32,000 bases of DNA from Ignicoccus pacificus DSM 13166 (GTDB taxonomy: Archaea; Thermoproteota; Thermoprotei_A; Sulfolobales; Ignicoccaceae), in the NCBI GenBank assembly GCA_025340205.1, contig CP006868.1, forward strand, positions 30,001 to 62,000. The letters are read 5' to 3'. Positions 16,588 to 25,585 of this stretch are shown piece after piece (the first letter of the stretch is position 1; each line of letters opens with the position of its first letter). The notes below the pieces were generated by a model. It was not told where the DNA came from, ran no database searches, and worked only from the letters and a program-made list of their open reading frames with translations. The position numbers and the translations under genes are program-made.

Positions 16588-18075
16588 ATGTGTAACGTAC
16601 TACTATCAATAATCTTGGCGGCTATAGGTTCCGTCGCTGTGCTATTAGTAAACGAGAAGAGGGCAAAGCACTTAGCAATGATACTTACTATAATAATAGC
16701 GTTGTTATTAGCACAACCGATAATAGAAGGCGTAAGTAAGCCTTACACTGAGAATTACGTTTTACCCGGACTTCACGCTATCGGTGCTGACTTCCAGATT
16801 AGAGTAGATGCGCTCTCCGCACTCTTCTTAGCGATAACCGGCCTGGTCTTCATAGCAGTTGCTTGGGCAGCTAGCTGGGAGATCGAGGATAGGCCCAAGC
16901 TATACTTGGCGCTGATGCTAGCTTCGGAAGCCGCTCTAATAGGGGTCTTCAGCGCTTGGAACCTCTTCTGGTTCTACTTGTTCTGGGAGTTCACGCTGCT
17001 GCCAATGTTCGTACATATACTCTACTGGGGAGGCGAGAGGAGAGTCTACGCCGCCTACAAGTTCTTCGTTTATACACAAATAGGAGGTCTGATGCTACTA
17101 GTGGCCATAGCCCTCGGCTGGCTCTACGGAGCTCACAGCTTCAACTTAACGGACTTCGCCGCCGGAATTACCGTGGCCCCCGACTGGGTCAAGGCTGCCT
17201 TCGCTTGGTTAACGTTAATAGCGTTCTTCATCAAGATGCCGGTACCTCCATTCCACACTTGGCTTCCAGCAGCACACGTCGAGGCACCCAGTCCAAGCTC
17301 GGTAATACTGGCATCATTGATGCTAAAGATGGGAGGTTACGCATTCATAAGAATAACTCTAGGAATGGTGCCATACATGCTCAGCATGTATCTACCCTTC
17401 ATAGGAATGTGGGCAGCTCTGGCGGCTGCTTACGCCGCCACTGTAGCTATAGCGCAAGAAGACTTCAAGAGAGTTGTAGCGTACACCAGTATAAGCCACA
17501 TGAGCATGTCTACAATAGGAGCCGCTATCTGGGCGATGGGAATGGGTAACGCCTCCTACTTAGGCTTCGTGGGAGCAGTATTCGAGATGATATCCCACAG
17601 CTTCGTCGTAGGGGCTCTGTTCTTGCTGAGCGGAGTGATAAAGCACTATGCCCATACTAGGAGGATACCCAGCATAAGAGGTCTAGCATTCGTGGTGCCG
17701 ATACTAAGCTCTGTCATAATGATCGCAATATTCGCCGGCTTCGGATTACCGGGAACCTCCGGCTATCCCGCCGAGCTAAGCCTAGTTGCCTCTGCTGCTG
17801 GAATGGCTAAGGTAACTAGTGCTGGTGTGATAGTGTTAGCATTCCTACTGTTGGCTATAGCCACCGTGACCGGCTACTTAGTGTGGGATGCTCAGAGAAT
17901 GCTGTTCACTAAGCCACCGATAAAGATAAGCGAAGTTAAGTTCTATCATATAGGTCCTATACTGTATCTACTGGCCATAAGCATTATCATAGGTGTGCTA
18001 CCGTTCCTAGTGATGGGACCGCTTAAGATAGCTGTCACTCAAACACCAATCAACTTAGCTGGGGTGATAGGATGA
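16588..18075 (+). CDS. nuoM: NADH-quinone oxidoreductase subunit M
   Basis: 495 aa. PFHTWLPAAHVEAPSPSSVILASLMLKMGGYAFIR is the NuoM signature. Starts 3 nt after nuoL. Confidence 0.85.
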   Translation: MCNVLLSIILAAIGSVAVLLVNEKRAKHLAMILTIIIALLLAQPIIEGVSKPYTENYVLPGLHAIGADFQIRVDALSALFLAITGLVFIAVAWAASWEIEDRPKLYLALMLASEAALIGVFSAWNLFWFYLFWEFTLLPMFVHILYWGGERRVYAAYKFFVYTQIGGLMLLVAIALGWLYGAHSFNLTDFAAGITVAPDWVKAAFAWLTLIAFFIKMPVPPFHTWLPAAHVEAPSPSSVILASLMLKMGGYAFIRITLGMVPYMLSMYLPFIGMWAALAAAYAATVAIAQEDFKRVVAYTSISHMSMSTIGAAIWAMGMGNASYLGFVGAVFEMISHSFVVGALFLLSGVIKHYAHTRRIPSIRGLAFVVPILSSVIMIAIFAGFGLPGTSGYPAELSLVASAAGMAKVTSAGVIVLAFLLLAIATVTGYLVWDAQRMLFTKPPIKISEVKFYHIGPILYLLAISIIIGVLPFLVMGPLKIAVTQTPINLAGVIG

Positions 18076-18440
18076 TAGAGACGGGAGCACTTCTCTTTAC
18101 CGCAGTAGCGACTGCCATGGTTGTCGGTGCCCTAATAGAAGGAGGTTCGCTGATCCTGAACAAGCTTCTCGAGGATAAGACGCCGGACCACCCGGACAAG
18201 TATGAGACCTACGAGTGTGGAGAGCTAACCATAGGCGACCCCACTAAGGTCAAGTACACTATAAACTTCTACCCTTACCTAGTGGCCTTCCTCGTAGCTG
18301 AGGTCGCCGGCGTGATAGCTCTGGTAAGCGCGGCGAGTCCCAATTGGAACGCTTTGATAGGCGTTGGTATGATGTTCTTCGCTTTACTGGTAGGAATAGC
18401 TTGGATGAGAAAGATAGGAGTAATGACGTGGATGAGGTGA
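18072..18440 (+). CDS. nuoA: NADH-quinone oxidoreductase subunit A
   Basis: 122 aa with 3 TM segments. YECGE...INFYPYLVAFLVAEVAG matches NuoA. ATGA overlap with the nuoM stop. Confidence 0.8.
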   Translation: MIETGALLFTAVATAMVVGALIEGGSLILNKLLEDKTPDHPDKYETYECGELTIGDPTKVKYTINFYPYLVAFLVAEVAGVIALVSAASPNWNALIGVGMMFFALLVGIAWMRKIGVMTWMR

Positions 18441-18445
18441 GAGGA

Positions 18446-19063
18446 ATGGTGTTTAGAAACGTTAACAGGCCCGATTTGAAGAAGATAAAGCCCGTTGGAG
18501 AGGCCGTCAAGTGGGCTAGAAGAAACAGCCTTTGGTTACTTCACTTAGGAATAATGTGTTGTGCCATAGAGATGATGCAAGCGGGTTTCGCCTTCCATGA
18601 CTTCGAGAGAATAGGAGTGCTGGCAAGAGCTACGCCTAGGCAAGTAGACGTGATACTGGTCAACGGTCCTGTGAATAGGAAAATAGCCGAGAGGCTTAGA
18701 AGGTTGTTCATGCAGACTCCAGGGCCCAGGTTCGTAGTCGTTATGGGTGAATGTGCGATAAACGGCGGTCCTTGGTGGGAAAGCGAGTACGTGCTCTCCG
18801 GAATACATGAGCTCATGGAAAGTTTACCAGAGGAAATAAGGAAGCAGACCTATGTCGTGAACCTAGCTGGATGTCCTCCGAGACCAGAGGGATTGATAAG
18901 GGCTATATTGAAGATGGAGGAGCTGATAGAACAGAAGGATCTGAGGAATGTAAGGTTGACCAAATATCCTACGGCTGACGAGGAGGGAAGTAAGAAGAAA
19001 GTTGTCGATCCCATGCTGAGATACATCTATGAAAATAGAAAGAAGGGAGAGGTGAAAAAATGA
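18446..19063 (+). CDS. nuoB: NADH-quinone oxidoreductase subunit B (N2 cluster ligands present)
   Basis: Motifs MCCAIEMM, RQVDVILVNGP, GECAINGG, GCPPRPE. ATG 18446 sits 5 nt behind GAGGTGA. The track start at 18344 would lie inside nuoA. GTG 18428 is also possible. Confidence 0.85.
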   Translation: MVFRNVNRPDLKKIKPVGEAVKWARRNSLWLLHLGIMCCAIEMMQAGFAFHDFERIGVLARATPRQVDVILVNGPVNRKIAERLRRLFMQTPGPRFVVVMGECAINGGPWWESEYVLSGIHELMESLPEEIRKQTYVVNLAGCPPRPEGLIRAILKMEELIEQKDLRNVRLTKYPTADEEGSKKKVVDPMLRYIYENRKKGEVKK

Positions 19064-20673
19064 AGTTTGTTGGAGAACTAGAAAGGAAGGAGTGGAGTAA
19101 TCTAACGTACGTTGAGGTGGAGCCTAACACTTGGTACGAGAACGCCTCAAGACTGCTGGATTCCGGGTACTTGTATCCTCAGATGCTGACTGCCATAGAC
19201 TGGCCCGCCGAGAAGAAGATACAGGTGTTGTTCGTTACTCATAGGTTCAAGGACTCTCATACTGTAGCTATGAGCACTAAGATAGACAGAGAAAACAGAG
19301 AGTTGCCAACCCTCACCGACCTATATCCTGGCATCGAATGGCAAGAGAACGAAGCATATGAGATGTTCGGAATAGACTTCGTCGGTCATCCGGACTATAA
19401 GAGATGGGGCAGAATCAGGAAGATATTGCTTAGCGAGGATCCCAGGCTCTTCCCTAAGGACAGATATCCACTACTCAAGGACTCTGGGGGTTACAAGAAC
19501 TTACCCAAGGTCAATTGGAATGAGATAGAGGGAACCGATAGAGAGAAGGAAGGTCTGAGAGACGACCTCGTCTACGTCTACGTAGGACCCCAGCACCCCG
19601 CTACCCACGGACCCGTGGGCTTCTTGTTAGGCCTTCGCGGAGAAATAGTTGAAGACGTCATTCCTAGGTTAGGATACGTACACAGAGGTGTTGAGTGGAT
19701 CTTCGAGCAAAAGGAGTATAGCAAGATAATACCGCTCTTGGACAGACAATGTTACGTAGACGGAATAGGATGGGAAATACCTTACGTTCTAGCAGTAGAG
19801 GAAATCATGAACGTGAAGGTTGATGAAAGGGCCAACTTGTTAAGGATACTTGCGGCGGAGCTGAGCAGGATACAGTCCCATATACTCTACATTGGTTCCT
19901 TCCTCGAGAACATAAATCACCTAACCGGCTTCGCTTGGACGGTCAGGGACAGAGAAGTATTCATAAACCTATTAGAGATGCTGACCGGACAGAGAATGAC
20001 CTTTAACTACCTTAGAATAGGCGGCGTAGCTAGAGATTTACCACAAGGCTTTAGGGATCTCACGGAGAAAGTCATTGCAAAGTTCGATAAACACCTAGAT
20101 AAGCTGATAGACATAAGTTTGGTCAATCCAACAGTAGCAATAAGGGCGGATGGGGTAGCCCCGGTAAGCGCCGAGGACGCAATAAAGTACGGCTGGACTG
20201 GACCTAACCTTAGGGCTTCCGGCGTAGCGTGGGATTACAGGATAAACAAGCCGTACATGGGTTATGATAGTGTAGACTTTGAGGGTGCCATAGGAAATAA
20301 GGGCGATATCTTAGACAGGATGCTAGTGAGGTTCGAGGAGATAAGACAAAGCTTGAACATCGTGAGGCAAGTACTGAAGAGCTTAACTACCAGAGGAGAC
20401 CTCGGAAAACATTACAAGAGGGCTCCGCCATTCCCGAGGCAGTCCGGCATAGCCTACGGAATACACGAAAGCGCAAGGGGAGAGAACGGCGTGCTTGTAG
20501 TAGCGAATCCCAAGGATCCCAGAGCGAGGATGAAGCCTTGGAGGGTTCACATGAGGTCTCCCGTATTCATACACACTATGAGCCTGAAGTACTTGGGAAG
20601 GGGCTTACTTCTCCAAGACTTCCTGGCGAACTACATCTCACTGGACACTTGTGTAGCCGAAATGGATAGGTGA
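19060..20673 (+). CDS. nuoCD: fused NADH-quinone oxidoreductase subunits C and D
   Basis: 537 aa. The N-terminal roughly 150 aa is NuoC-like (WQENEAYEMFGIDFVGHPD). The rest is NuoD-like (GPQHPATHGP..., GYVHRGVEW, C-terminal SLDTCVAEMDR). ATGA overlap with the nuoB stop. Confidence 0.85.
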   Translation: MKFVGELERKEWSNLTYVEVEPNTWYENASRLLDSGYLYPQMLTAIDWPAEKKIQVLFVTHRFKDSHTVAMSTKIDRENRELPTLTDLYPGIEWQENEAYEMFGIDFVGHPDYKRWGRIRKILLSEDPRLFPKDRYPLLKDSGGYKNLPKVNWNEIEGTDREKEGLRDDLVYVYVGPQHPATHGPVGFLLGLRGEIVEDVIPRLGYVHRGVEWIFEQKEYSKIIPLLDRQCYVDGIGWEIPYVLAVEEIMNVKVDERANLLRILAAELSRIQSHILYIGSFLENINHLTGFAWTVRDREVFINLLEMLTGQRMTFNYLRIGGVARDLPQGFRDLTEKVIAKFDKHLDKLIDISLVNPTVAIRADGVAPVSAEDAIKYGWTGPNLRASGVAWDYRINKPYMGYDSVDFEGAIGNKGDILDRMLVRFEEIRQSLNIVRQVLKSLTTRGDLGKHYKRAPPFPRQSGIAYGIHESARGENGVLVVANPKDPRARMKPWRVHMRSPVFIHTMSLKYLGRGLLLQDFLANYISLDTCVAEMDR

Positions 20674-20674
20674 G

Positions 20675-20680
20675 TTTTTT
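20675..20680 (+). terminator. oligo-T terminator after nuoCD
   Basis: T6 run begins 2 nt after the TGA at 20671-20673. Archaeal termination commonly occurs at oligo-T. Confidence 0.4.
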
Positions 20681-20734
20681 CAAATCATCTCGAACTCAAA
20701 TTAATCCTCCCACCTTAGGACAAGACGAAGAGGG

Positions 20735-21859
20735 TTGGAGGAAGAGCTAAGAGATCTGGAGGAGTTAGCCGTTCTGCTTTCGCTCCCCGGTACGGCACTA
20801 CTCGTCTTGCTACCGCTTTACATTAAGACATTAGGAGGAGGGAGCGAACTCATCGGTATAGCTAGTAGCGTGGGTCCCATAACCTTCGCGCTAGTGAGGC
20901 TCGTGGGAGGGGCGGCTACCGACGTCTTCGGAAGGAAGAAAACCTTTATCTTTGGATTATTACTTTATGCTCTTGGACTCCTCCTCTTAGCCTTAGCTCC
21001 TAACGCGGATGCTGTCACCCTCGGAGGCTCGCTCACCGGAGCTGGAGCAATGATAGCGATGACGTCTGCTATAGTGATAGTAGCTGACATCGCAGCCTTC
21101 GCTGAAGTTTATGGAAGATTGGCCAGCAAGATGGCGCTTGGAGGAGTCCTCGGATCGATAATTCCCTTTGCAGCCTTATACTTTCTCCCTGAAATAGACG
21201 CCTTCAGAGCGACCTTCTTGATATATTTTCTTATATCCTTGTATGCTACGAAAAAATCATTTGAATTAAAGGAAACAATGCCTAAGCATTCGAAATTAAT
21301 CTTTGAGTGGTCTTTGGAATGGCTCATCGCTACGCTGGTAGGATCTTTGGCATCCCTTGCATCCGGAATAGTTACGCCTTTCTACCCTGTCTATATTGCT
21401 AGTAAGTTTAAACTTGGAGCAATAGACGTAATGTTAAGTTATGCTCCCTCAGCTGTGGCGGCTATAACTTCACCAAGAATTTCCGGTTTGCTCAATCCTA
21501 CCACTAGCCTCGTTCTCTTCAACTTGATAGGCGTTCTGGGCTCCTCTGCCATAGTATTAGGAGGGCTGGCAGTAGCGGCAATAGGTCTGGCACTAGTCGT
21601 TGGTGCAGTAGGAGGAGCGGCAGTAGCTCAAGATACCTTGGTGGCGAAGGGATGTAGGCACTCGTGTGGATTTATGATAGGACTCTATGCTTCAATCACT
21701 CAGCTCTTCATGGGATTGGGGTCGCTCTTTGGAGGTATGATGTACTCGAAGAATCCTCAGCTAGTCTTCCTAGTAGCGGCGTTATCATTTATGGGAGCGA
21801 CGTTGGTAAGCTTCTTCTTCCTACTTATAATTAGAGAAGAAAGAGGGCGAAACATTTAA
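20735..21859 (+). CDS. MFS transporter
   Basis: 374 aa polytopic membrane protein with the MFS loop motif GGAATDVFGRKKTF between TM2 and TM3. TTG start. The N-terminal boundary is uncertain. Confidence 0.7.
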   Translation: MEEELRDLEELAVLLSLPGTALLVLLPLYIKTLGGGSELIGIASSVGPITFALVRLVGGAATDVFGRKKTFIFGLLLYALGLLLLALAPNADAVTLGGSLTGAGAMIAMTSAIVIVADIAAFAEVYGRLASKMALGGVLGSIIPFAALYFLPEIDAFRATFLIYFLISLYATKKSFELKETMPKHSKLIFEWSLEWLIATLVGSLASLASGIVTPFYPVYIASKFKLGAIDVMLSYAPSAVAAITSPRISGLLNPTTSLVLFNLIGVLGSSAIVLGGLAVAAIGLALVVGAVGGAAVAQDTLVAKGCRHSCGFMIGLYASITQLFMGLGSLFGGMMYSKNPQLVFLVAALSFMGATLVSFFFLLIIREERGRNI

Positions 21860-21860
21860 A
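21855..21860 (+). promoter_or_regulatory. TATA-like box for the pilus-locus ATPase gene
   Basis: tttaaa overlaps the MFS stop codon, about 40 nt before GTG 21897. Confidence 0.35.
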
Positions 21861-21896
21861 GCTCGATTCGTTCTGCTAACCCGAACCAGCGGATCG

Positions 21897-23603
21897 GTGG
21901 GAGCGGTGCCTACCCTAGGCGAAGTGATTGCGGAGGTCCAAAGGAACTTAGCTGAGTTATTATCCAGGCTGAGGAGGAAGGAGAGCGCTGCGGACGTCCT
22001 AGCAAGGGTGAGGAAGAGCACCCGAAGGGAACCCCTTCCCGAAAGAGAGGGACTAGGTGGAGGAGGCAGGATTTTCAGAAGCCTAATACCAGCAGAAAGG
22101 CTAGTCGACTTCTACTCAGTCAAGCCTCCCTACAGCTACGTGCTCGTGTACATCGACGAAGAAGAAAGGATAAGGTACCACGTGATAGAGCCTATCTTGA
22201 CCCGTAGGGAGTTAGCTGGTCTAATCAAACTCAAATCAATATTGTATCAAGAATTCCACGCTAAAGGAGAAATACTAAAGCAATCCGTGAAGGATCCACT
22301 TGAAGCTGGAAAGCTAATCGCTCAAACCGTGAGGAGAATTGCGAGAGACTACGGTCTCAAGCTTCCCGTTCTAAGCATTGAGAAGCTTACGTATTATGTA
22401 GTTAGAGATACCGTAGGTTACGGACCCCTAGATGCCATTATTCACGATCCTGCGATAGAGGACATCTTCTGTGACGGCACCGCTCTCCCGATCTACGTAT
22501 GGCACCAAAGGTATGAGTGGTTGAGGAGTAACGTGGTCTTCATTGATGAAGACGAACTCATGAGATATGTTAGAAAGCTAGCGGTTAGGGCTGGCAAGGA
22601 GCTGAGCTACGCCCAGCCGCTATTGGATGGAGCCATACCCCCGTGGAAGTACAGGCTCCACGCCACCCACCCAGTCATTACATACAGGGGCCCCTCGTTT
22701 ACCATAAGGAAGTTCAGAGAGAATCCCTTCACTCTACCAGAGCTCGTAAGGTTGGGTACGATTTCTCCTGAAATAGCAGCCTACTTCTGGATACTAGTAG
22801 ATTCCATCAACTCGGCCTTGATAGTAGGAGCAATGGCGTCCGGAAAGACCACAATGCTAAATGCTATCGCAATGATGATACCTCCGGAGAGCAAGATAGT
22901 AACGGCAGAGGATACACCCGAGATAAGGCTCCCTCACGAGAACTGGGTAGCAATGGTGACTAGGCCCTCCACGGAGCCCGGAGTAGCGGACATCACTCTA
23001 TACGACCTACTGAAGTCTGCCCTAAGACAAAGGCCGGAGTTCATCATCGTAGGAGAGATAAGAGGTTCCGAGGCATTCACGTTCTTCCAAGCGGTGTCGG
23101 TAGGACACGGTGGCTTAGGAACGGTCCACGGTGAAACTGTGGACGCGGCAATAAAGAGGCTGATAACCAAGCCAATGGATGTGCCCAAGGGTCTGATACC
23201 GGCAGTCAAGGTATTCGCGTTGAACGCTAGAGTGAAGTATGGAGGAAAGATAGTCAGAAGGACACTAGAGGTCAGAGAGATCATCGGGATGGACGAGAGG
23301 GGAGAGTTGATCATGAGCACAGCCTTCAAGTGGGATCCAGAGACGGATACTTGGGAGGAGGCTCAGCACTTATACCTTATCGAGAACGCCGCCGAGAAGA
23401 TGCTCCAAGACTACCACCAAGTATATACTGAAATGAAGAGAAGAGCTCTCATTATGAAATGGATGGCTTGGAGGGAGAAGACGAGCGTTAGGGACGTAAT
23501 GGATATGGTAAGGAGGTACAGGAGGAACCCGAACGTGGTCTTCACTCAAGTAGCCTCGGAGCTTAGGGTATCCGGCCTCATGGAGGAGGTGGCTTTACTA
23601 TGA
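21897..23603 (+). CDS. type IV filament assembly ATPase (FlaI/TadA/VirB11 superfamily)
   Basis: 568 aa. Walker A GAMASGKTT, Asp box IVTAEDTPEI, Walker B EFIIVGEIRGSEA, His box GHGGLGTVHG. The N-terminal domain is typical of archaeal FlaI-like ATPases (RYHVIEPIL). Confidence 0.85.
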   Translation: MGAVPTLGEVIAEVQRNLAELLSRLRRKESAADVLARVRKSTRREPLPEREGLGGGGRIFRSLIPAERLVDFYSVKPPYSYVLVYIDEEERIRYHVIEPILTRRELAGLIKLKSILYQEFHAKGEILKQSVKDPLEAGKLIAQTVRRIARDYGLKLPVLSIEKLTYYVVRDTVGYGPLDAIIHDPAIEDIFCDGTALPIYVWHQRYEWLRSNVVFIDEDELMRYVRKLAVRAGKELSYAQPLLDGAIPPWKYRLHATHPVITYRGPSFTIRKFRENPFTLPELVRLGTISPEIAAYFWILVDSINSALIVGAMASGKTTMLNAIAMMIPPESKIVTAEDTPEIRLPHENWVAMVTRPSTEPGVADITLYDLLKSALRQRPEFIIVGEIRGSEAFTFFQAVSVGHGGLGTVHGETVDAAIKRLITKPMDVPKGLIPAVKVFALNARVKYGGKIVRRTLEVREIIGMDERGELIMSTAFKWDPETDTWEEAQHLYLIENAAEKMLQDYHQVYTEMKRRALIMKWMAWREKTSVRDVMDMVRRYRRNPNVVFTQVASELRVSGLMEEVALL

Positions 23604-24580
23604 GCACCCGTGTGGTGCTCGAGGAAATTATGAAGAAATATACGAAAAAGCAGAAGGCAGAACTCCAAAGAACAAGCTCTCTCTTCTATCTGCTCTACAG
23701 GATATCAAAGGACTTGGGCCTACAAAAGCATTTGGAGCAAGCGTTCAAGTCTATGGAGAAGTACATACTTGGCTCTCAGCTAAAGGTCTCCTACCCCGTT
23801 TACGTAGCCGTGATGGCCCTCCTTCCCCTATTCATTGCGCCTCTGATTGCATTGACTGTATTCGTGATCACGTTCTATGTATTATATATGCCTCCGCTTC
23901 TTTCAATAGTCTTTACGATAGTATCTTTCATCCTAGGATACGCGATAATATTCATGCTCCTTTACTTAGTACCAATAATGATGTTTAGCTCAAGGGCTCC
24001 TATACTTGAGAAAAGCCTAGTGGTTCTTTACGCCTACCTAGCAGCGCTCGGAGTATCGGGAGCCAGCTATACTGAGGCCTTGAGGAAGCTCTGGGAGAAG
24101 AGCGAGACCCTAGGAGCGGAGCCAGAGCTAACGGAGGTGGTGAAGAGAGTCTACATACTCGGCGAAGATGTCGTCGAGGTCCTCAAAGAAGTGGCCGAAA
24201 TAGCTCCACAAAGAGACTTCGGAAACTTCCTCCGAGGACTGGCTAACGTAATAGAATCAGGTGCCGGACTGGAGAACTTCGCAGAGGTAGGCTTCGAAAC
24301 AGCGCTAGCTAACATGCAAGCCAAGATGAAGGAAGCCATGGGTGCTCTAGAGATAATGAGCGAGATGTACGTTACTGGAGCTGCGGTGATGCCAATACTA
24401 GCCTTATCCTTCGCCGTGGTCCTAGCCACAATGGGTCCTTCAGCGAAGATGTTCGGTTTAACACTCCCAGTACCCCCCGCAACCTTGGCTGGTCTGATGG
24501 CGTTCTTCGGAATACCCCTTCTCTCGATCTTCGCTATACTGATGGTAGATGGCACTCTAAGCAAGATAAGGGGGTGGTAA
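23600..24580 (+). CDS. type IV filament membrane platform protein, TadB/FlaJ-half-like (T2SSF domain)
   Basis: 326 aa. TM helices flank a cytoplasmic helical domain (LAALGVSGASYTEALRKL...FLRGLANVIESGAGLENF). ATGA overlap with the ATPase stop. Confidence 0.7.
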   Translation: MSTRVVLEEIMKKYTKKQKAELQRTSSLFYLLYRISKDLGLQKHLEQAFKSMEKYILGSQLKVSYPVYVAVMALLPLFIAPLIALTVFVITFYVLYMPPLLSIVFTIVSFILGYAIIFMLLYLVPIMMFSSRAPILEKSLVVLYAYLAALGVSGASYTEALRKLWEKSETLGAEPELTEVVKRVYILGEDVVEVLKEVAEIAPQRDFGNFLRGLANVIESGAGLENFAEVGFETALANMQAKMKEAMGALEIMSEMYVTGAAVMPILALSFAVVLATMGPSAKMFGLTLPVPPATLAGLMAFFGIPLLSIFAILMVDGTLSKIRGW

Positions 24581-24583
24581 ACG

Positions 24584-25525
24584 ATGGTGAAGATGGAGAA
24601 GTATGAAATAGCTTTGATGGTTTCGACACCAATACTTGGAATATTAGTAATGATACTACTCTACCAGCCTCCTGGAACTAAGGTCTTTGAGGCACTTCCC
24701 AGAGTATACTTACCCTATGCCCCCCAGACCTTGAGGGCAGTTGCAATAGGCTTAATCGTAATGCTCTCTGGGCCCGCGTTTGGCTACTACTCCTACATGA
24801 GGAGGATAGAGAGCATAATCAATAACACGCCTTTGATGTTGCAAGACATAGCGGTCGCCGTAAGAAGCGGTACGAAGGTCTATGCTTCCTTTGTAGAGAT
24901 CAGCGATAGAGACTACGGGGCCCTCACTCCCTATGTAAGGAGAATAGCTTCCTTGATATACTTACTTGGTCTAGACATGCTAGATGCCTTGAAGTTGGTG
25001 ATAACTGAACTACCAAGGGAGACCAGGAAGTACTTCTACTTCATTGAGGAGGCCTATGAGAGTGGAGGAAGAGCCATCGAAGTGCTGGATAAGGCATCTG
25101 AGCTGGCCAGGAGGATTAGGGAATTCGAGGAGGAAAGGGAAAAAACACTAAAGACACAAGGTTTCATAATTATATTTAGCGTATTAATATTTGTAGCCAC
25201 AGCGGCTATTCTGTATTACCTATCAGTACAGATGTATGCCTCCTCTGTGGAAGTCAACAAGAAGCTAGGTAAGGAACAGCTTCAACCCATAGATCCATTG
25301 GAAGTGTTAGGCTACATATTCTACATGTCGATCTCCTTGTCGATATTTGCGGGCATAGCTACTGGAAAAATAGTCAAGGGAACCACAGCTGCCGGACTCT
25401 TCTATGCGACGATGGTGTTGATGTTGAGCTTAGCGATAGTGTTGCTGCTGCCGTATGTAATACCTCCATACCCGAAGCACGTGAACGTACAAGGAACCAA
25501 TCCTCTGGCGAAGACGGGTGCGTAA
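24584..25525 (+). CDS. type IV filament membrane platform protein, TadC/FlaJ-half-like (T2SSF domain)
   Basis: 313 aa. LQDIAVAVRSGTKVYASF...LGLDMLDALKLV...FIEEAYESGGRAIEVL between TM segments. ATG follows GGGGGTGG. Same frame as the preceding gene, separated from it by TAA plus one codon. Confidence 0.7.
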   Translation: MVKMEKYEIALMVSTPILGILVMILLYQPPGTKVFEALPRVYLPYAPQTLRAVAIGLIVMLSGPAFGYYSYMRRIESIINNTPLMLQDIAVAVRSGTKVYASFVEISDRDYGALTPYVRRIASLIYLLGLDMLDALKLVITELPRETRKYFYFIEEAYESGGRAIEVLDKASELARRIREFEEEREKTLKTQGFIIIFSVLIFVATAAILYYLSVQMYASSVEVNKKLGKEQLQPIDPLEVLGYIFYMSISLSIFAGIATGKIVKGTTAAGLFYATMVLMLSLAIVLLLPYVIPPYPKHVNVQGTNPLAKTGA

Positions 25526-25545
25526 GCTCGCGGGAATTAGTACCG

Positions 25546-25552
25546 TTTTAAG
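25546..25552 (+). promoter_or_regulatory. TATA-like box dedicated to the candidate pilin gene
   Basis: ttttaag about 37 nt before GTG 25586, in the 60 nt gap after the second platform gene. Confidence 0.35.
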
Positions 25553-25585
25553 GATAGATCTCAGCACCTCCTAAGGGATCCGATC

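Noticed and set aside
16956-17549. 197 aa alternative-frame ORF inside nuoM, and the other internal/antisense ORFs in the nuo region (18259..18510, 18541..18816, 18545..18808, 20383..20574)
   Set aside because: The products are Arg/Ser/Gly-rich with no hydrophobic periodicity or motifs. They overlap genes whose main frames carry unmistakable Nuo signatures.
18344-18445. Upstream extension of nuoB to the track start at 18344
   Set aside because: It would run about 100 nt inside nuoA in another frame. The conserved NuoB sequence begins after ATG 18446, which has GAGGTGA 5 nt upstream.
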